Shown: piece after piece, positions 1 to 12,780 of the stretch
Layout: each line of letters opens with the position of its first letter
How positions within the stretch are numbered: the stretch's first letter is position 1
Assembly (NCBI RefSeq): GCF_023055435.1
Contig: NW_025964112.1
Location: 11,098,001 to 11,162,000, forward strand
Direction: 5' to 3'
From: Haliotis rufescens
Taxonomy: Eukaryota
Length of the DNA stretch: 64,000 bases
Translations under genes and position numbers: made by a program
Notes under the pieces: generated by a model
What the model saw: only the letters and a program-made list of their open reading frames with translations
What the model was told of the DNA's origin: nothing
The model's database searches: none

Positions 1-128
1 AACCATCGACAAGACCGACGCTTGGCCCATCAAAAGGCGAACAGGCTCCCTACACAAGTGACAGACGCGATTTCACAATGAAACTTGGTGACGGCACAAC
101 ATTTTCTGTGAAATTTTGAATTTATGTT
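1..128. repeat. Direct repeat copy 1 (identical to 457-584)
   Basis: aaccatcgacaagaccg...gaatttatgtt occurs at 1-128 and again at 457-584. Confidence 0.95.
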
Positions 129-407
129 ATGTTACCAACTGCTTAACAAAATAATTGCTCTAATTTATATACATTCAAGAGGTTATTATCCAGTCAAAAC
201 ACGAGGTATCTTAAAAACCTATCGAGATTTATTGATGAAATATTTAAAGCAGTAAGAAAACACAAAACAGAAAAGATATAACATATTCATGCATGACATT
301 CTGTCATCTTGTCACATATTAATACTTTGTTTACATGCTTGTACTTTTGTACTCTTTTGTACCACCGACGGTGGTTTGGAGAATAATAAAGTGAAACTGA
401 AACTGTA
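129..407 (+). mobile_element. 3' end of a non-LTR retrotransposon (ORF2 C-terminus, 3'UTR, short-repeat tail)
   Basis: Translates as ...NLYTFKRLLSSQNTRYLKNLSRFIDEIFK, resembling LINE ORF2 ends; followed by aataaa and a (tgaaac)n tail. Confidence 0.55.
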
Positions 408-456
408 ACTGGCCCCCCTGTTATTGACGCCGCAATCTTTGATCCGTCAGGCAATC

Positions 457-584
457 AACCATCGACAAGACCGACGCTTGGCCCATCAAAAGGCGAACAG
501 GCTCCCTACACAAGTGACAGACGCGATTTCACAATGAAACTTGGTGACGGCACAACATTTTCTGTGAAATTTTGAATTTATGTT
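457..584. repeat. Direct repeat copy 2 (identical to 1-128)
   Basis: Direct sequence match. Confidence 0.95.
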
Positions 585-3531
585 CAGCATAAATATTTCT
601 GAAATCATTTGTTTTGTTGTCTTTGTCTTATAATATACGTAGACTGTCAGTTTGTCTCTCCCGAAACAAACCTACCACCTGCATGACTGAAAACGCAGAG
701 CTTGTGCGTTACTAATGTACTGTAAATTATTCAACTATTGGAGGTTGAACTGTTTGAGGTTATCTGTAAATTATCTCAGTAATGAAGGATGTCGTCCACT
801 ATTGGGGCCTCCTAAAATGACTAATGTTCATGTAGCTTTGTTTTAATAAAGAAGTTGTTCATCCATAGAACTTGTCTTACTTCTATACCGAAACGTCGCC
901 TTTTACAGTATTAAAGAAGTTGTTATCCATAAAAATTGTGTCTATCGTGTCTTACTTCATCACACCAACTTCTAAATGCCACTGAAAGAAGTTCCTTAGT
1001 GATGCAATTATGCTTGTCGACACCACTCAGGTCAAGGAAGTTAATTCCTCGTGAAAGGGAAACGACACTCCAACTTTAACAGTCGGCTTCCTTAAGGGTC
1101 GTTTTATTGGGGTAAATACACGAATATTACTTGGAGTGGCTCTAAGAAAAATTCAAATGAACATTTATGTCCACATATACCATTGCACTGGTCCAAAAAA
1201 CCTTTTGAAAATCTAGGCATTATTTTCTCGACGAATCTACATGATATGATTTCTATAAATTACGAAAAACAGATGAACAAAACTAGGACAATACGTTTTA
1301 CTTGGCAAAAGAGACAAATAACTCTACTGGGTAAAATAATCTTTTTTCAGCCCTCCCAAACGCAAGTGAACAATTTTTCAAGAAGCTTCACTCCTTACTA
1401 TTTCGATATTTTTGGAATTGGAAACGTGATTGAATTAACCAGAAAATGATAATAAATGATTAAAAGAGTGGCGGATTACAAATGATCGCCATTGTATCCT
1501 TCTGTAAAGATAAAAAAAAAGGACTAAAAAAATATCGTTTTCCCTAGATATTGGAAAAAGTGAAGATGAATTATGCTCGTTTTGCAATAAAGAACCTTAA
1601 ACCCGTGTTCTCAACTCAAGTGATCGCGTCAGTTTGTCCAAGGTGTTTCAAACAGGTGTTTTAAAAAAAAATCCATTGAGTTAGATAACAATGAGCAAAG
1701 ATCAATCAACTTATTAGGGGATAATCCTTTGAACAAAGTATGTTGTTTTCACGTTGGCACTTCAAGCCCAGATTTGGATGTATTCCGTTGGCCTTAGTAA
1801 ACATACATAGTGTAAACACGTCCTTTTGACAAATCCACTGTGCAAGATTACAGAAATTATCAATCAACGTATTATCGGTTAATCCTTTGATCAATGTTTC
1901 TGGCATCTCAACTGAAAATTCCTCTCTTGCTGCTCTGCCACGTGCAAATTACATGTCATGTTACCCATTCACCACATCAGACCTGGATTTACAACCCGAT
2001 CTTAGATTAAGTAATTACTCGAGAGACGAGACGAGCATAGCCTTTGTCGGGTAATACGAGTGGTTCTAACACTAATTATACTTGTAGTTTTAAAATCCTT
2101 AACTGAGCATCAAGTGAATGATGACAAATACAGAGGTGTAGGGTTTAGGCCATGAAACATGCATGACATGGAGGGAGTAGTAATTGTTATATTATATGCA
2201 ATTTGCCTGACATGTTGTTGCTGGTTTTAGTATATGAACTTAGCTTCGTTGTGGCAAAAATAATACGCATAGGTATTTGCTTTGTACTAAACTACATAAT
2301 TGTACATGCTCATTTACACACGCAAACGAATTTGCAAGGTGAAATGTTTAACTATGCATAATCCATTCGCGAATATTCAAGGGAATTCCCCCTCGCTGGC
2401 GTCCTCCCTCGCAGGTCCGAAGCCAAGTTTGTTGGGTCGCTGACGTGAATTGGCATCTGGTGATTAGGCCGGATAATTAAAACGGCTCCAGCTAGACAAC
2501 TGAGAGTTGGAGTATTGTTTCCCTCTAAGCGTTAAATCAAACATATTTGCGGTCGTGCGAAACATGTACAATTGCACGTGTAAGAGAAATTATAAATTTT
2601 AATATAAACAAAACACACACAGATTATGTGACAACACTGCACTTTCAAATTAGTCCGTACATCCTGTGATACATTCCATCCTTAGAAACCATATCCGGTC
2701 ACGTGGGCAAGATGAGAATTCAAAACATGTCAGTGTTGTTGTCAAGCTGGAGTCAAAGGTCATGGAGAAAGGTGGACCAAACCAGCCACGGCTGTGCAGT
2801 AAGGGTACTTACATAATTTTGCAGATTCCCAACTTTATTGTCGTCGTCGTTTGTTCTCTGGCCTTCATCAATATTTTATCAATGACCTGAAATGTAAAGT
2901 GCCATCAAATAAGACATTTGTAATCAATTTTGCTACTGCATGAGACATGTATGGAGGATGTTCTATATAAAACACGCAGTCCTATGAGAAATATTGTAGC
3001 TCCTAATCGTGATAAAAGGGAAATACATGTAGTTTTACACTAACAAGGCAAAAACCTTTTCAATGAAATGGTCGAATTTTTTTTCTCAACGGTTTCAAAT
3101 GAAACATTATGTATTGAATCGTATCGCCAAGTACACTGGAATTTCTTACCGAAGCGCAACTCAGTTCAAACTCCCCCTTGTGTGATCTTTCCCGTGCAGC
3201 CGAAACAAGGCACAAAGTCGCGTTTTTTCCCATTTTAAAATACATGTATGTCGCAATAACAGCTTTCTATATGACTCAACAGGAAGCAGATGTTTCCATG
3301 ACCTTTTGAGATGAATTGACTTAGTTAACCTTTAAGTGTTAGGCACTGTGTACTGTTCACTGAAGCAAGAAATTCAACAATCCATCCATATATCTACGTT
3401 AGTACCAAACTAACAAATTTTGTGTGCCTTTTTGTTGTATACATGTCATATACTTTTTCAAACATAATCTCATTTTACGTTTTGAGGTTATGGGTGGCCC
3501 AGTCGTCTCAAAAACTAAATTCGCCGTGAAG

Positions 3532-5220
3532 AGTTGTCAGACATACCGGTACTCAGACACCCAGTTGTCAGACAAATCAGTACTCAGGCACCCAGTTGTC
3601 AGTCACACCTGTACTCAGACACCCAATTCGCAGATATACCAGTAGTCAAACAGCCAGTTGACAGACATACCAGTACTCAGACACCCAGTTGTCAGAATAC
3701 CAGCAGTCAGACACCCAGTTGTCAGACATGCATGTATCAGTACTCAGACACCCAGTTGTCAGACACCCAGTTGTCAGACATACATGTACAGTCGTGCCCC
3801 GCTTATACGGACTTCAGATATCCGGAAACCTCGGTACCCGGACGATTTTCATTCAAAACGAAATAATTACTATTTAAACTTACCCGTATATACGGAAATT
3901 CAGTTTCCGGAACCGGACGGTCATTTTCATACACAAAACACTGAAATGCACTCAAAATTGTCTCACTTATCCGGACAGTACACTTCCGCTGGTGGTAATC
4001 CTTTGATTCGTGAGAAGTCAATTAACCAAGTGACACTGAGTTACGTTTGAGACGAGCTTGTTTATTGTACATGTAATCCCCTTCGATAAATATGGCGTCT
4101 GTGGAGGTCAGAGGTCAAAGTTGACCTTCATTACGTATTACGAGAACATTACGAGGCATTGTTTTATATCTAGGGATTAAGATTACCTTGTGTATTTTCT
4201 CGTAAACTAATCCGGAAACAGCAATCAGCTGTACACACGTTTCTTTGGAATCGACCGGTGATTCGGTAAAGACACACCCAATGATATAACTTTATAGGAT
4301 TTTTAATGCAAGGATCGGCAACAATTGTATCTGAAACTATTTTTTTTTATCAGGAATAATATATTCCATTATTTTCTTAATTATATGCAGCCTTTACTAA
4401 ACATATTTAAAATAATAATAACCCTAAGCGAAGCAGCTGATCGCTATTCTCGGGTATTATTTTTTACATGGAACCAGTCTGACCAGTCGCCGTCAAGGCT
4501 TACGCGCACGTGATCGCGTGATCGTGAGAATTTCATGTTGACATAGAATCGTCAAACAAAAACAAATATGACTTTTTTCGAGTCAAAGTATGTCATTTAT
4601 GATATATGTATCCATTCTCTGTCAACTAAAGTTCGTTTCAAGGCGTCAATAGCGGTATTCTGACCGTGGTTGCTGTTAATAACGGTGAGTTGTGCGATCT
4701 TCCGATCGCTTCACACACGATTTCGCCGAAATTAATAAAAACAACATTATAAGGAATTTTGTCATGAGTTACATAATTGAAGGGAAGTAACTCTTCCAGT
4801 AAGAAGCTGGTTTCAGTTATACGGAAATTCGTTTATACGGACGAATTGTGAAATGACGCAAGTGTCCGTATAAACGAGGCACGACTGTACCAGTACTCAG
4901 ACACCCAGTTGTCAGATATACCAGTACTCAGACACCCAGTTGTCAGACATACATGTACCAGTACTCAGACACCCAGTTGTCAGATATACCAGTACTCAGA
5001 CACCCAGTTGTCAGATATACCAGTACTCAGACACCCAGTTGTCGGACATACCTGTACTCAGACACCCAGTTGTCAGACATACCAGTACTCAGACACCCAG
5101 TTGGCAAATGTTCCAATAGTCACAAGTGCCAGTAGTCAGACACCTAGCCCTCAAATATACCAGTCGCCATACACCCAGTTGTCAGACATACCAGTACTCA
5201 GACACCAAGTTGTCAGATAT
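3532..5220. repeat. 31-bp minisatellite (cagtactcagacacccagttgtcagatatac), split by a MITE
   Basis: Unit recurs at 31-bp spacing (e.g. 4891, 4922) on both sides of 3789-4887. Confidence 0.9.
3789..4887. mobile_element. Non-autonomous Tc1/mariner(pogo)-type DNA element (MITE), ~1.1 kb
   Basis: TIRs cagtcgtgccccgcttatacggac / gtccgtataaacgaggcacgactg, flanked by TA at 3787-88 and 4888-89; no transposase ORF. Confidence 0.85.
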
Positions 5221-5377
5221 CATGAGATATGCAGCAAGTTTGCTTTCACACACACTCTGTTCATCATATCATCACTTGATTTGGCGCCGGAGCGGACTTC
5301 CCGAGAGTGCACTTTCCGTGTTTGCCAGAGCGTCACGACCGGTTCGGTGGCCGTGATAAGATCCTTATAAGGTAGAT

Positions 5378-6565
5378 TTAGTGCAGATTGAACACATGGT
5401 CAGTGCAGATTGGGCACATTGTAAGTTCAGATTGGACACATGGTAAGTGCAGATTGGACACATGATAAGTGCAGATTGGACACACGTTCAGTGCAGATTA
5501 GACACATGGTAGGATCAGACTGGGCACATGGTAAGTGCAAATTGGGCACATGGTAAGTGCAGATTGGACACATGGTAAGTGCAGATTGGGCACATGGTAA
5601 GTTCAGATTGGACACATGGTAAGTGCAAATTGGGCACACGTTAAGTGCAGATTGGACACATGGTAAGTTCAGATTGGGCACATGGTAAGTGTAGATTGGA
5701 CACATGGTAAGTGCAGATTGGGCACATGGTAAGTGCAGATTGGACACATGGTAAGTGCAGATTGGGCACATGGTAAGTTCAGATTGGACACATGGTAAGT
5801 GCAAATTGGGCACACGTTAAGTGCAGATTGGACACATGGTAAGTTCAGATTGGGCACATGGTAAGTGTAGATTGGACACATGGTAAGTGCAGATTGGGCA
5901 CATGGTAAGTGCAGATTGGACACAGGGTAAGTGCAGATTGGGCACATGGTAAGTCCAGATTGGGCACATGGTAAGTGCAGATTGGGCACATGGTAAGTGC
6001 AGATTGGGCACATGGTAAGTTCAGATTGGGCACATGGTAAGTGCAGATTGGACACATGGTAAGTTCAGATTGGGCACATGGTAAGTGTAGATTGGACACA
6101 TGGTAAGTTCAGATTGGGCACATGGTAAGTGCAGATTGGGCAGATGGCAAGTTCATATTGGGCACATGGTAAGTGCAGATTGGGCACATGGTAAGTGCAG
6201 ATTGGGCACATGGTAAGTGTAGATTGGACACATGGTAAGTGCAGATTGGACACATGGTAAGTGCAGATTGGGCACATGGTAAGTTCAGATTGGACACATG
6301 GTAAGTTCAGTTTGGGCACATGGTAAGTGTAGATTGGACACATGGTAAGTGCAGATTGGGCACATGGTAAGTTCAGATTGGGCACATGGTAAGTGCAGAC
6401 TGGACACATGGTAAGTTCAGATTTGGTACACGTTAAGTGCAGATTGGACACATGGTAAGTGCAGAATGGGCACACGTTAAGTGAATGTTGGACACATGGT
6501 AAGTGCAGATTGGGCACATGGTAAGTGGAGATTGGGCACATTGGTGCGTAGTGATTGGACACATG
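5378..6565. repeat. 22-bp minisatellite (agtgcagattgggcacatggta)
   Basis: ~50 tandem units; explains the repetitive Cys/His ORFs. Confidence 0.95.
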
Positions 6566-6697
6566 CTACGTGATACTTTATACATTCCACGTGTGGATTT
6601 GACACATGGTTTGTTTGGTACATGGTGAGCGACTTATTACCACGTACATGTATTACATTCTAATTTGGCACATATGCGTTTGTAATGGCCACAGGTA

Positions 6698-7112
6698 CTT
6701 TGTATTGGGCACACGTGCGTTTGTATTGGGCACACGTGCGTTTGTATTTGGCACACGTGCGTTTGTATTCGGCACATGGGCGTTTGTATTGGGCACATGT
6801 GCGTTTGTATTCGGCACATGGACGTTTGTATTGGGCACATGTACGTTTGTATTGGGCACACGTGCGTTTGTATTTGGCACATGGACTTTTGTATTGGGCA
6901 CACGTGCGTTTGTATTGGGCATATGGACTTTTGTATTGGGCACACGTGCGTTTGTATTGGGCACATGGACTTTTGTATTCGGCACATGTACGTTTGTATT
7001 CGGCACATGTACGTTTGTTTTCGGCATATCAACGTTTCTATTAGGCACATGTGTATTTGTATTGAGCATTTGTACGTTTGTATTGGGCACATGGACGTTT
7101 GTATCGAGCACA
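6698..7112. repeat. 21-bp minisatellite (tttgtattgggcacacgtgcg)
   Basis: ~19 tandem units. Confidence 0.92.
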
Positions 7113-8280
7113 TTGTACTTTCACTGTGCTACTACACTGATGTTTTTCATAATATCACAATAATGTCGTTATTGATATGATATCAGTAATAATCGTGATA
7201 TATTTTTTTAATTTCTTACCCTGACAAGGGTGAAGCATGGAACAACTCGTGATCGATAACCGTTTTTTTCTGTTATGTTATGTTATAACCCTACTGCACA
7301 ACACTGTATGTTAAGCAATCAAGGTGTGCACAACTAATTATTCTCTCAAAGAGACATAATGATTTGCCAAAAAATAGACGTTATGTTAAGCTTGTCAGAT
7401 TTTTTTATTACCCATATGCTCATATGTCTGTTACAAGCATTATTTCCCAAGGTCGTTCCCAGCAGGTTAGTGAGTAACGGGTGTATTCTACTAAAAATGT
7501 TATAAGTTGATAACATAGCAAGAATTATACAAACTGTAAAATTAATATGCCTTTAATTATCCGACATTATTCAGTTCGGCATGCCATTGTTATCTTACAT
7601 TTTAATAAAACAGGCTTGTGCACAACTGTGTCATAAAACATACATTTTGGCAAACATGAAATACTGGCATTGTCCCATACAACAGTAATAACATACAGCT
7701 ACATTCCAGTGGTACCGTTTAATGGAACCAAGAATACCGATAGCGTCATTGCTGTTCAAACGTCTCGGTAGGGTTATCTTCAATGCGTGGACTGCTTCTG
7801 TAGATGAAGGCAACAATCCCACTAGCTCTGTGTCGCTGCCGTTCTCGTGTCCCCGTTACAGACATAATGAGTCAATAAACACAAATAATGTCTCACGGTT
7901 CTGACACTGCAATCTAATGTTTGTTTACATTAGGATCTAATTTGCAGACAAACTGCATGACTAACCAGCGTCATAAACGTGCAATGGGTCCACCAAAGGA
8001 TACACGTCTGAGAGCTTTCGCACGCGTTATGCTAAAACGCCAATCCTCTTCACTTCACTTCTACTCACTCACTCACTCACTCAATCAATCACTCACTCAC
8101 TCACTCACTCACTCACTCACTTGGATGCCCATTCTTAAAAGTTTGTCACTCACCTTAAAAAATATATGAAATTTTGATTCAAGACATTATATCCTGCAAT
8201 TTGGCGGCATGTTGCCGCCGGTATTCGCTGTGCGGAGATGTGTTCATCATAAAACGTTTTACATAATCTATGTACTTATG

Positions 8281-8740
8281 TACGAAAGCCTAATGTGCCA
8301 CTTTGGTAGCATATTGGTAGCATTTGGTAGAATCTTGGTAGCATATATATATTTCTTTAAATCGAATTTCCACGTTATTTAAATTAATTGTTTATTTTCT
8401 CAAAATTTTGAGTTTTTTCTTGTACTTTCGATAAATTTATCGTTATTTCAAATTTATTTCAAAACTCGAAATTTCGACTTTTTTCTCGTTGCATTGAGTT
8501 TTTTTTCTTTATTACGATTAATTTCTCGTTATTTCAATTTTTTTCTCGTTGCTTCGAGTTTTTTCTCGTCACTCCGATATTTTCTCGTTATTTCAATTTT
8601 TTATAGAAAACTTGAAATTCGAGAAAATAATTGAAATAACGAGAAAATAATCAGAGCAGCGAGAAATAATTCGAAATTTTGAGAAAATAATTGAAATAAC
8701 GAGAAATTTCGATTAAAAAAACGAATGCCACCAAAGTGGA
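8281..8740. mobile_element. Degenerate foldback-type MITE with internal inverted short-repeat arrays
   Basis: ccactttggtagcat (8298) and atgccaccaaagtgg (ends 8739) form an inverted pair; internal tttctcgttatttc repeats flip to gaaataacgagaaa near 8610. Confidence 0.5.
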
Positions 8741-8865
8741 GTAGAGTTTTGCTGACTTGACCCTGTCTAGCAATCCGTGCTCATTAACCACGGTTACCAT
8801 AGATAACTCACCTTGACATGTAATGCAAAGAGAAGTGTTGATACCCTCATCATTCAAATGATGGA

Positions 8866-9092
8866 ATGGGCTGTCCAGTCGTCTTAGGCCCCGCATGTCC
8901 TTTGGCAGAGTTGTGTCTCTTAGGCGTGCCAGAAACCTATGATCGTGGGTTCGAATCCCAGTTATAAGCACCACATCCGTGCTCGTGGGTTTCACCATTG
9001 TAGTAAGCGTCTAAGACCTGCATCACTTTGGGCTTTTCTCCCATATCAAGCACGCTGTGAAATACCTTTCAAAGCGAAGATAAATCAAACAC
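8866..9092 (+). mobile_element. SINE family B, degenerate copy
   Basis: Matches family B body (ccagaaacctatgat..ggttcgaatccc..gtgctcgtgggtttcacc). Confidence 0.7.
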
Positions 9093-10134
9093 TCGATTGT
9101 TATGAGATCAGTTCTTATTTCTTAAAAGGTCTTGAATGGGGCATGAATGTTCATCTGTGCTTTTACATGGGTGATCAATCAATTGTCGGAAAATTTAAAC
9201 GTGTCAAATGTTTGGTTTCAAAGAAATGATTAAGCGTGACAACACTGGGCACGTAAAATCAAAACAATGATAAAAAGGTTACGATACATAATGTACACTG
9301 AAAAAATGTATGGTTTGCAGGAAATATTGTTGTTTGGTACAAAGGATAATATAACCCCCAGTTCCTGCCAATAAGTGAAATACAACCATAATAGGTACAA
9401 TTTGTGAAGTCCATTTTAGGTTTTCCGAGGTGGTATATTGCTGGAATATTCCAAAAGGCGGCGTAAACCTATACTCACTCTTGAAAAAAACACAAAACAC
9501 GTCAAGTAATAAGCAAAATAGGTTTATTGTAAAGAAAATAAAAAGAATATATATATATATATTCTCGTGAACACATCTTTGCAAAATACTGATTGGTCAT
9601 ATGTTTCTATTAAACATCGATACAAATGATATACAAAATGGAATTTGTTTTCTATTCTGTTCACTTAGCGAGTGATAAAAGACATGTATGTATATACGAA
9701 GGGTGGTGTCAGGTTTCAAGGTTGACTAGAGGAGGTATTGTTTCAAGGGGAAATGCATATGGTTGAAATGCCGATTACATAAAGCAACACGAGTCAATAT
9801 CTACAAACTACGAGTCGACACACGGAAACTCTGTTTATTCTCCGGGTGTGAAAACTATTCAATCTAAAACTACAGACCAATCTCATCACAGGTATAAGAG
9901 TAAAATTACTTACGAATACGGTTATCAGATTCAAGCGTCCTATGTTGTGACCAATATGCTTTTATGTACTCGCAAAAAATTCAAAATTGAAATACAGAAA
10001 TTGTAAAAAGCACCAATTCAAAGTGAAATACGCATCATCAAGCGATTAAGGAATCTGAACACTTTCAGGTGGGTTTGTTAATACTGTAAAACACCGTTAC
10101 ACTGTACCGAGTTACGTCCCTTCAGTTATACACA

Positions 10135-10304
10135 GGGGCGGTTGGGTAGCCTAGTGGTTAAAGCGTTGGCTCGTCAAGCCGAAGACCCGGGTTCGATTCC
10201 CGACATGGGTACAATGTGTGAAGCCCATTTCTGGTGTCCCCCGCCGTGATATTGCTGGAATATTGCTAAAAGCGGCGTAAAACCATACTCACTCACTCAC
10301 TCAC
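10135..10304 (+). mobile_element. SINE family A (tRNA-derived, Asp-like head, (actc)n tail)
   Basis: A box tagcctagtgg, B box ggttcgattcc; 13-bp TSD tcagttatacaca at 10122 and 10305. Confidence 0.92.
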
Positions 10305-10862
10305 TCAGTTATACACATACTGGTATATCGAAGTACCCACCAATAAGCTACTTGAAAAAGGGGCTTCCTGACTAGCAGGGGGTCACTTCAATGGTACAAA
10401 GGTTTAATGCATAACCCATAACAGATAAACATTGCACATACGTCACTGAGATTCTGACGAGACAGGGGTCTAAGCCACAAAAGGCGGAACGAGATGCAGG
10501 AAGACTATTCTAGGTCTAGAGCCAATGTAAGTAGTGTCATGTGACATTGGTTCATTGTATTTAGGGTAAACATCAAGTCCAAGATATATATACAGCATGA
10601 AATGTGAAGTAACAGACAGGTGAAGCAGTGTTGGGACTACTTGAATCAGACTTGCTGGGACTGCCATTTTCTCCAAGCGAAGCCCCCTTTAACTGTCACA
10701 TACGCAACATGAGATACGGTGTAAAATGGTAACACAAGGATATGTTGCTATTTTACGTCAGTAGTAAATAATCACTATCACAGGAAGATGACGATCTGGA
10801 TCAATCACAAAGGACAAGCATAGAAACATGAACATCGCAATATAAATATATTGTTATGTTTA

Positions 10863-10866
<4 letters not shown>

Positions 10867-10946
<80 letters not shown>
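10867..10946. repeat. (TA)n microsatellite
   Basis: Direct observation. Confidence 0.98.
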
Positions 10947-10951
<5 letters not shown>

Positions 10952-11365
10952 ATTCACATAATACAGAACAAAAATAAAAATATATCTTTACATAATTTGA
11001 TATATTTGCATGTACAGTCTTTGATTTACAGCATCAGAAAAAAGTGAAAATGTTGTTTTGTAATTACAAGAAATGAAAGCTTTTTGTGTGTTATAGGGTA
11101 CATATATTCCTAGAATCTGAGCAGTCGTTATTACATGCAGAACATGACAATTTATTGAAAAAGAAAAAATATTGATGATCTTTTAAAAAAAAATGATATC
11201 CTTCCGTTTTGGGCAATTGTGTAAAACCTCTCTGCATTTACACTTCAACATCTTTTAATAAACAGCACCTCAGAGTATAAAGTGTGAAACTATTTCTTGA
11301 TACAATTATAAGTAAATGCAGTGATGATCTTCCGTGTTGAGCAATGGGGTATCCACTCCATGTAC

Positions 11366-12322
11366 CTACAGGTCAACTTCTTTCAATTTCCTGAGTTGCG
11401 TTGTGGCGCCATGTTTCTCATCTGCAATCACCTCCATCTCCATCTTGTCCCTGTTTTCTAGCTCCTGTTTTCTCTGTTCTTTCCTTTCGTACCTTATTTC
11501 TCTGTTTTTGATGAAGAGGCGCCACAACTCCTGCACGATGTCCCCCAATACCATGATACTGGAGTTGTTGGCCACCGCTCTCAGAACCAGAACCCCGTCA
11601 TCCCGAATATAATCATCAATAAACTTGCGACATAGCTCTTTTTCATCGGCAACGTTCACGAACAGGCTCAAATACTTTTCGACGTAACGCACCCGGTTAC
11701 GCCTAAAGATGAGGTTGTAGCACCACATGAGCGTCGATACTGCGTTGACACAGACGAGGAGCAGCAGCCAGAACCACAGGATAGCAAAGATCTTCTCAGA
11801 CAACATGTTGATTGAAAGGACGCACTGGTAAGTGTAGGTGAGGATGTTCTGTTGTTGACGTATTTTGACGTCACAGTATGTGACTCTTGGAAACGCCCTG
11901 GTTTCCTTGACTTCGCCATCTGCCAGAAGGTTGGTGAACACCAGAACGCCAAAGTTGGTGAAATCGAATCCGAGGAGTGCGTTAAGGAGGAAATATTGTC
12001 CAACTGCGTTAGCCAAATATAAAATCTTGGAAAAGAAATACAGTCCAACTAAATATGTTCCATTGCGGGATCCAAGGGGGAAGAATAGGATGCTAAGTCT
12101 GGACATCCGGTGGCGCATGCGCGAGAAGATGGTATATCTACGTTCGCGTTCAAAGATAAGCCAGCTGTGAATATAGGCAGCAATGTTGTTGATGGTCGTG
12201 GCTCTTTTCTTTGGCTCTGAGTATTGAGTATCCTGTGAAAGGGAGGTAATTTTTTCAATGTTGATCCCGCCGTTGCTTTGGCACAGCTTCCATATCATGT
12301 TCGGCATTTTAAACATCAGAGC
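11366..12322 (-). CDS. inx: Innexin A, last exon (end of TM2 to C-terminus)
   Basis: ttttcag|GCT CTG ATG acceptor, phase 0; motifs GTYLVGLYFFSKILYLANAVGQ, FPRVTYCD, QCVLSINMLSEKIF, DDGVLVLR; TAG stop; AATAAA on minus strand at 11151-11156. Confidence 0.96.
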   Translation of the reverse strand, partial: ALMFKMPNMIWKLCQSNGGINIEKITSLSQDTQYSEPKKRATTINNIAAYIHSWLIFERERRYTIFSRMRHRMSRLSILFFPLGSRNGTYLVGLYFFSKILYLANAVGQYFLLNALLGFDFTNFGVLVFTNLLADGEVKETRAFPRVTYCDVKIRQQQNILTYTYQCVLSINMLSEKIFAILWFWLLLLVCVNAVSTLMWCYNLIFRRNRVRYVEKYLSLFVNVADEKELCRKFIDDYIRDDGVLVLRAVANNSSIMVLGDIVQELWRLFIKNREIRYERKEQRKQELENRDKMEMEVIADEKHGATTQLRKLKEVDL

Positions 12323-12407
12323 CTGAAAATATGAATGTTGTTATACGCATTATGACTCGGTAGTGTGCTATTGGGAGGGTGCAGCTTTACAAATTGTCAC
12401 TTTATAG

Positions 12408-12780
12408 GTGAGGTGAGGTGAGGTGAGGTGAGGTGAGGTGAGGTGAAAAGGGGTTTAACGTCGCGTCCAGGATGATTGCACTTATGAAGCGACGTGTGTG
12501 TGTGTGTGTGTGTCTGTGTGTGTGTCTGTGTCTGTGTCTGTGTGTGTCTGTGTCTGTGTGTGTGTGACCGATGCCGATTTATAGTGCTAGCCCACTGAGA
12601 TACCATTTAAACAGTATACTGACTCCGAGCCGACCAGTCTTTGTTTTAGTCCCTTAATGCCGAGTGCCAGGCAGGTTAATATTTAACGGTAGGACGCGGC
12701 CGGGGATCGAACCCCGGACCTTCCTCTCTCTCTCTCTCTCTCCGAGCGGACGCTCGACCACTAGACCACGGAGGCGGTCC
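12408..12780 (-). mobile_element. SINE family D (tRNA head, Meta-domain-like middle, (cacct)n tail)
   Basis: On minus: gtggtctagtgg A box, ggttcgatccc B box, ..cctgcctggcactcggcattaaggg.., tail gcgacgttaaacccc-(tcacc)n. Confidence 0.8.

Noticed and set aside
5427-7180. Cys/His-rich repetitive ORFs (zinc-finger or metallothionein-like appearance)
   Set aside because: Translations of the 22-bp and 21-bp minisatellites
10135-10210. tRNA genes (also 34052, 40555, 47753 and family B/D heads)
   Set aside because: The acceptor stem is not properly formed and each is followed by a SINE body, tail and TSD
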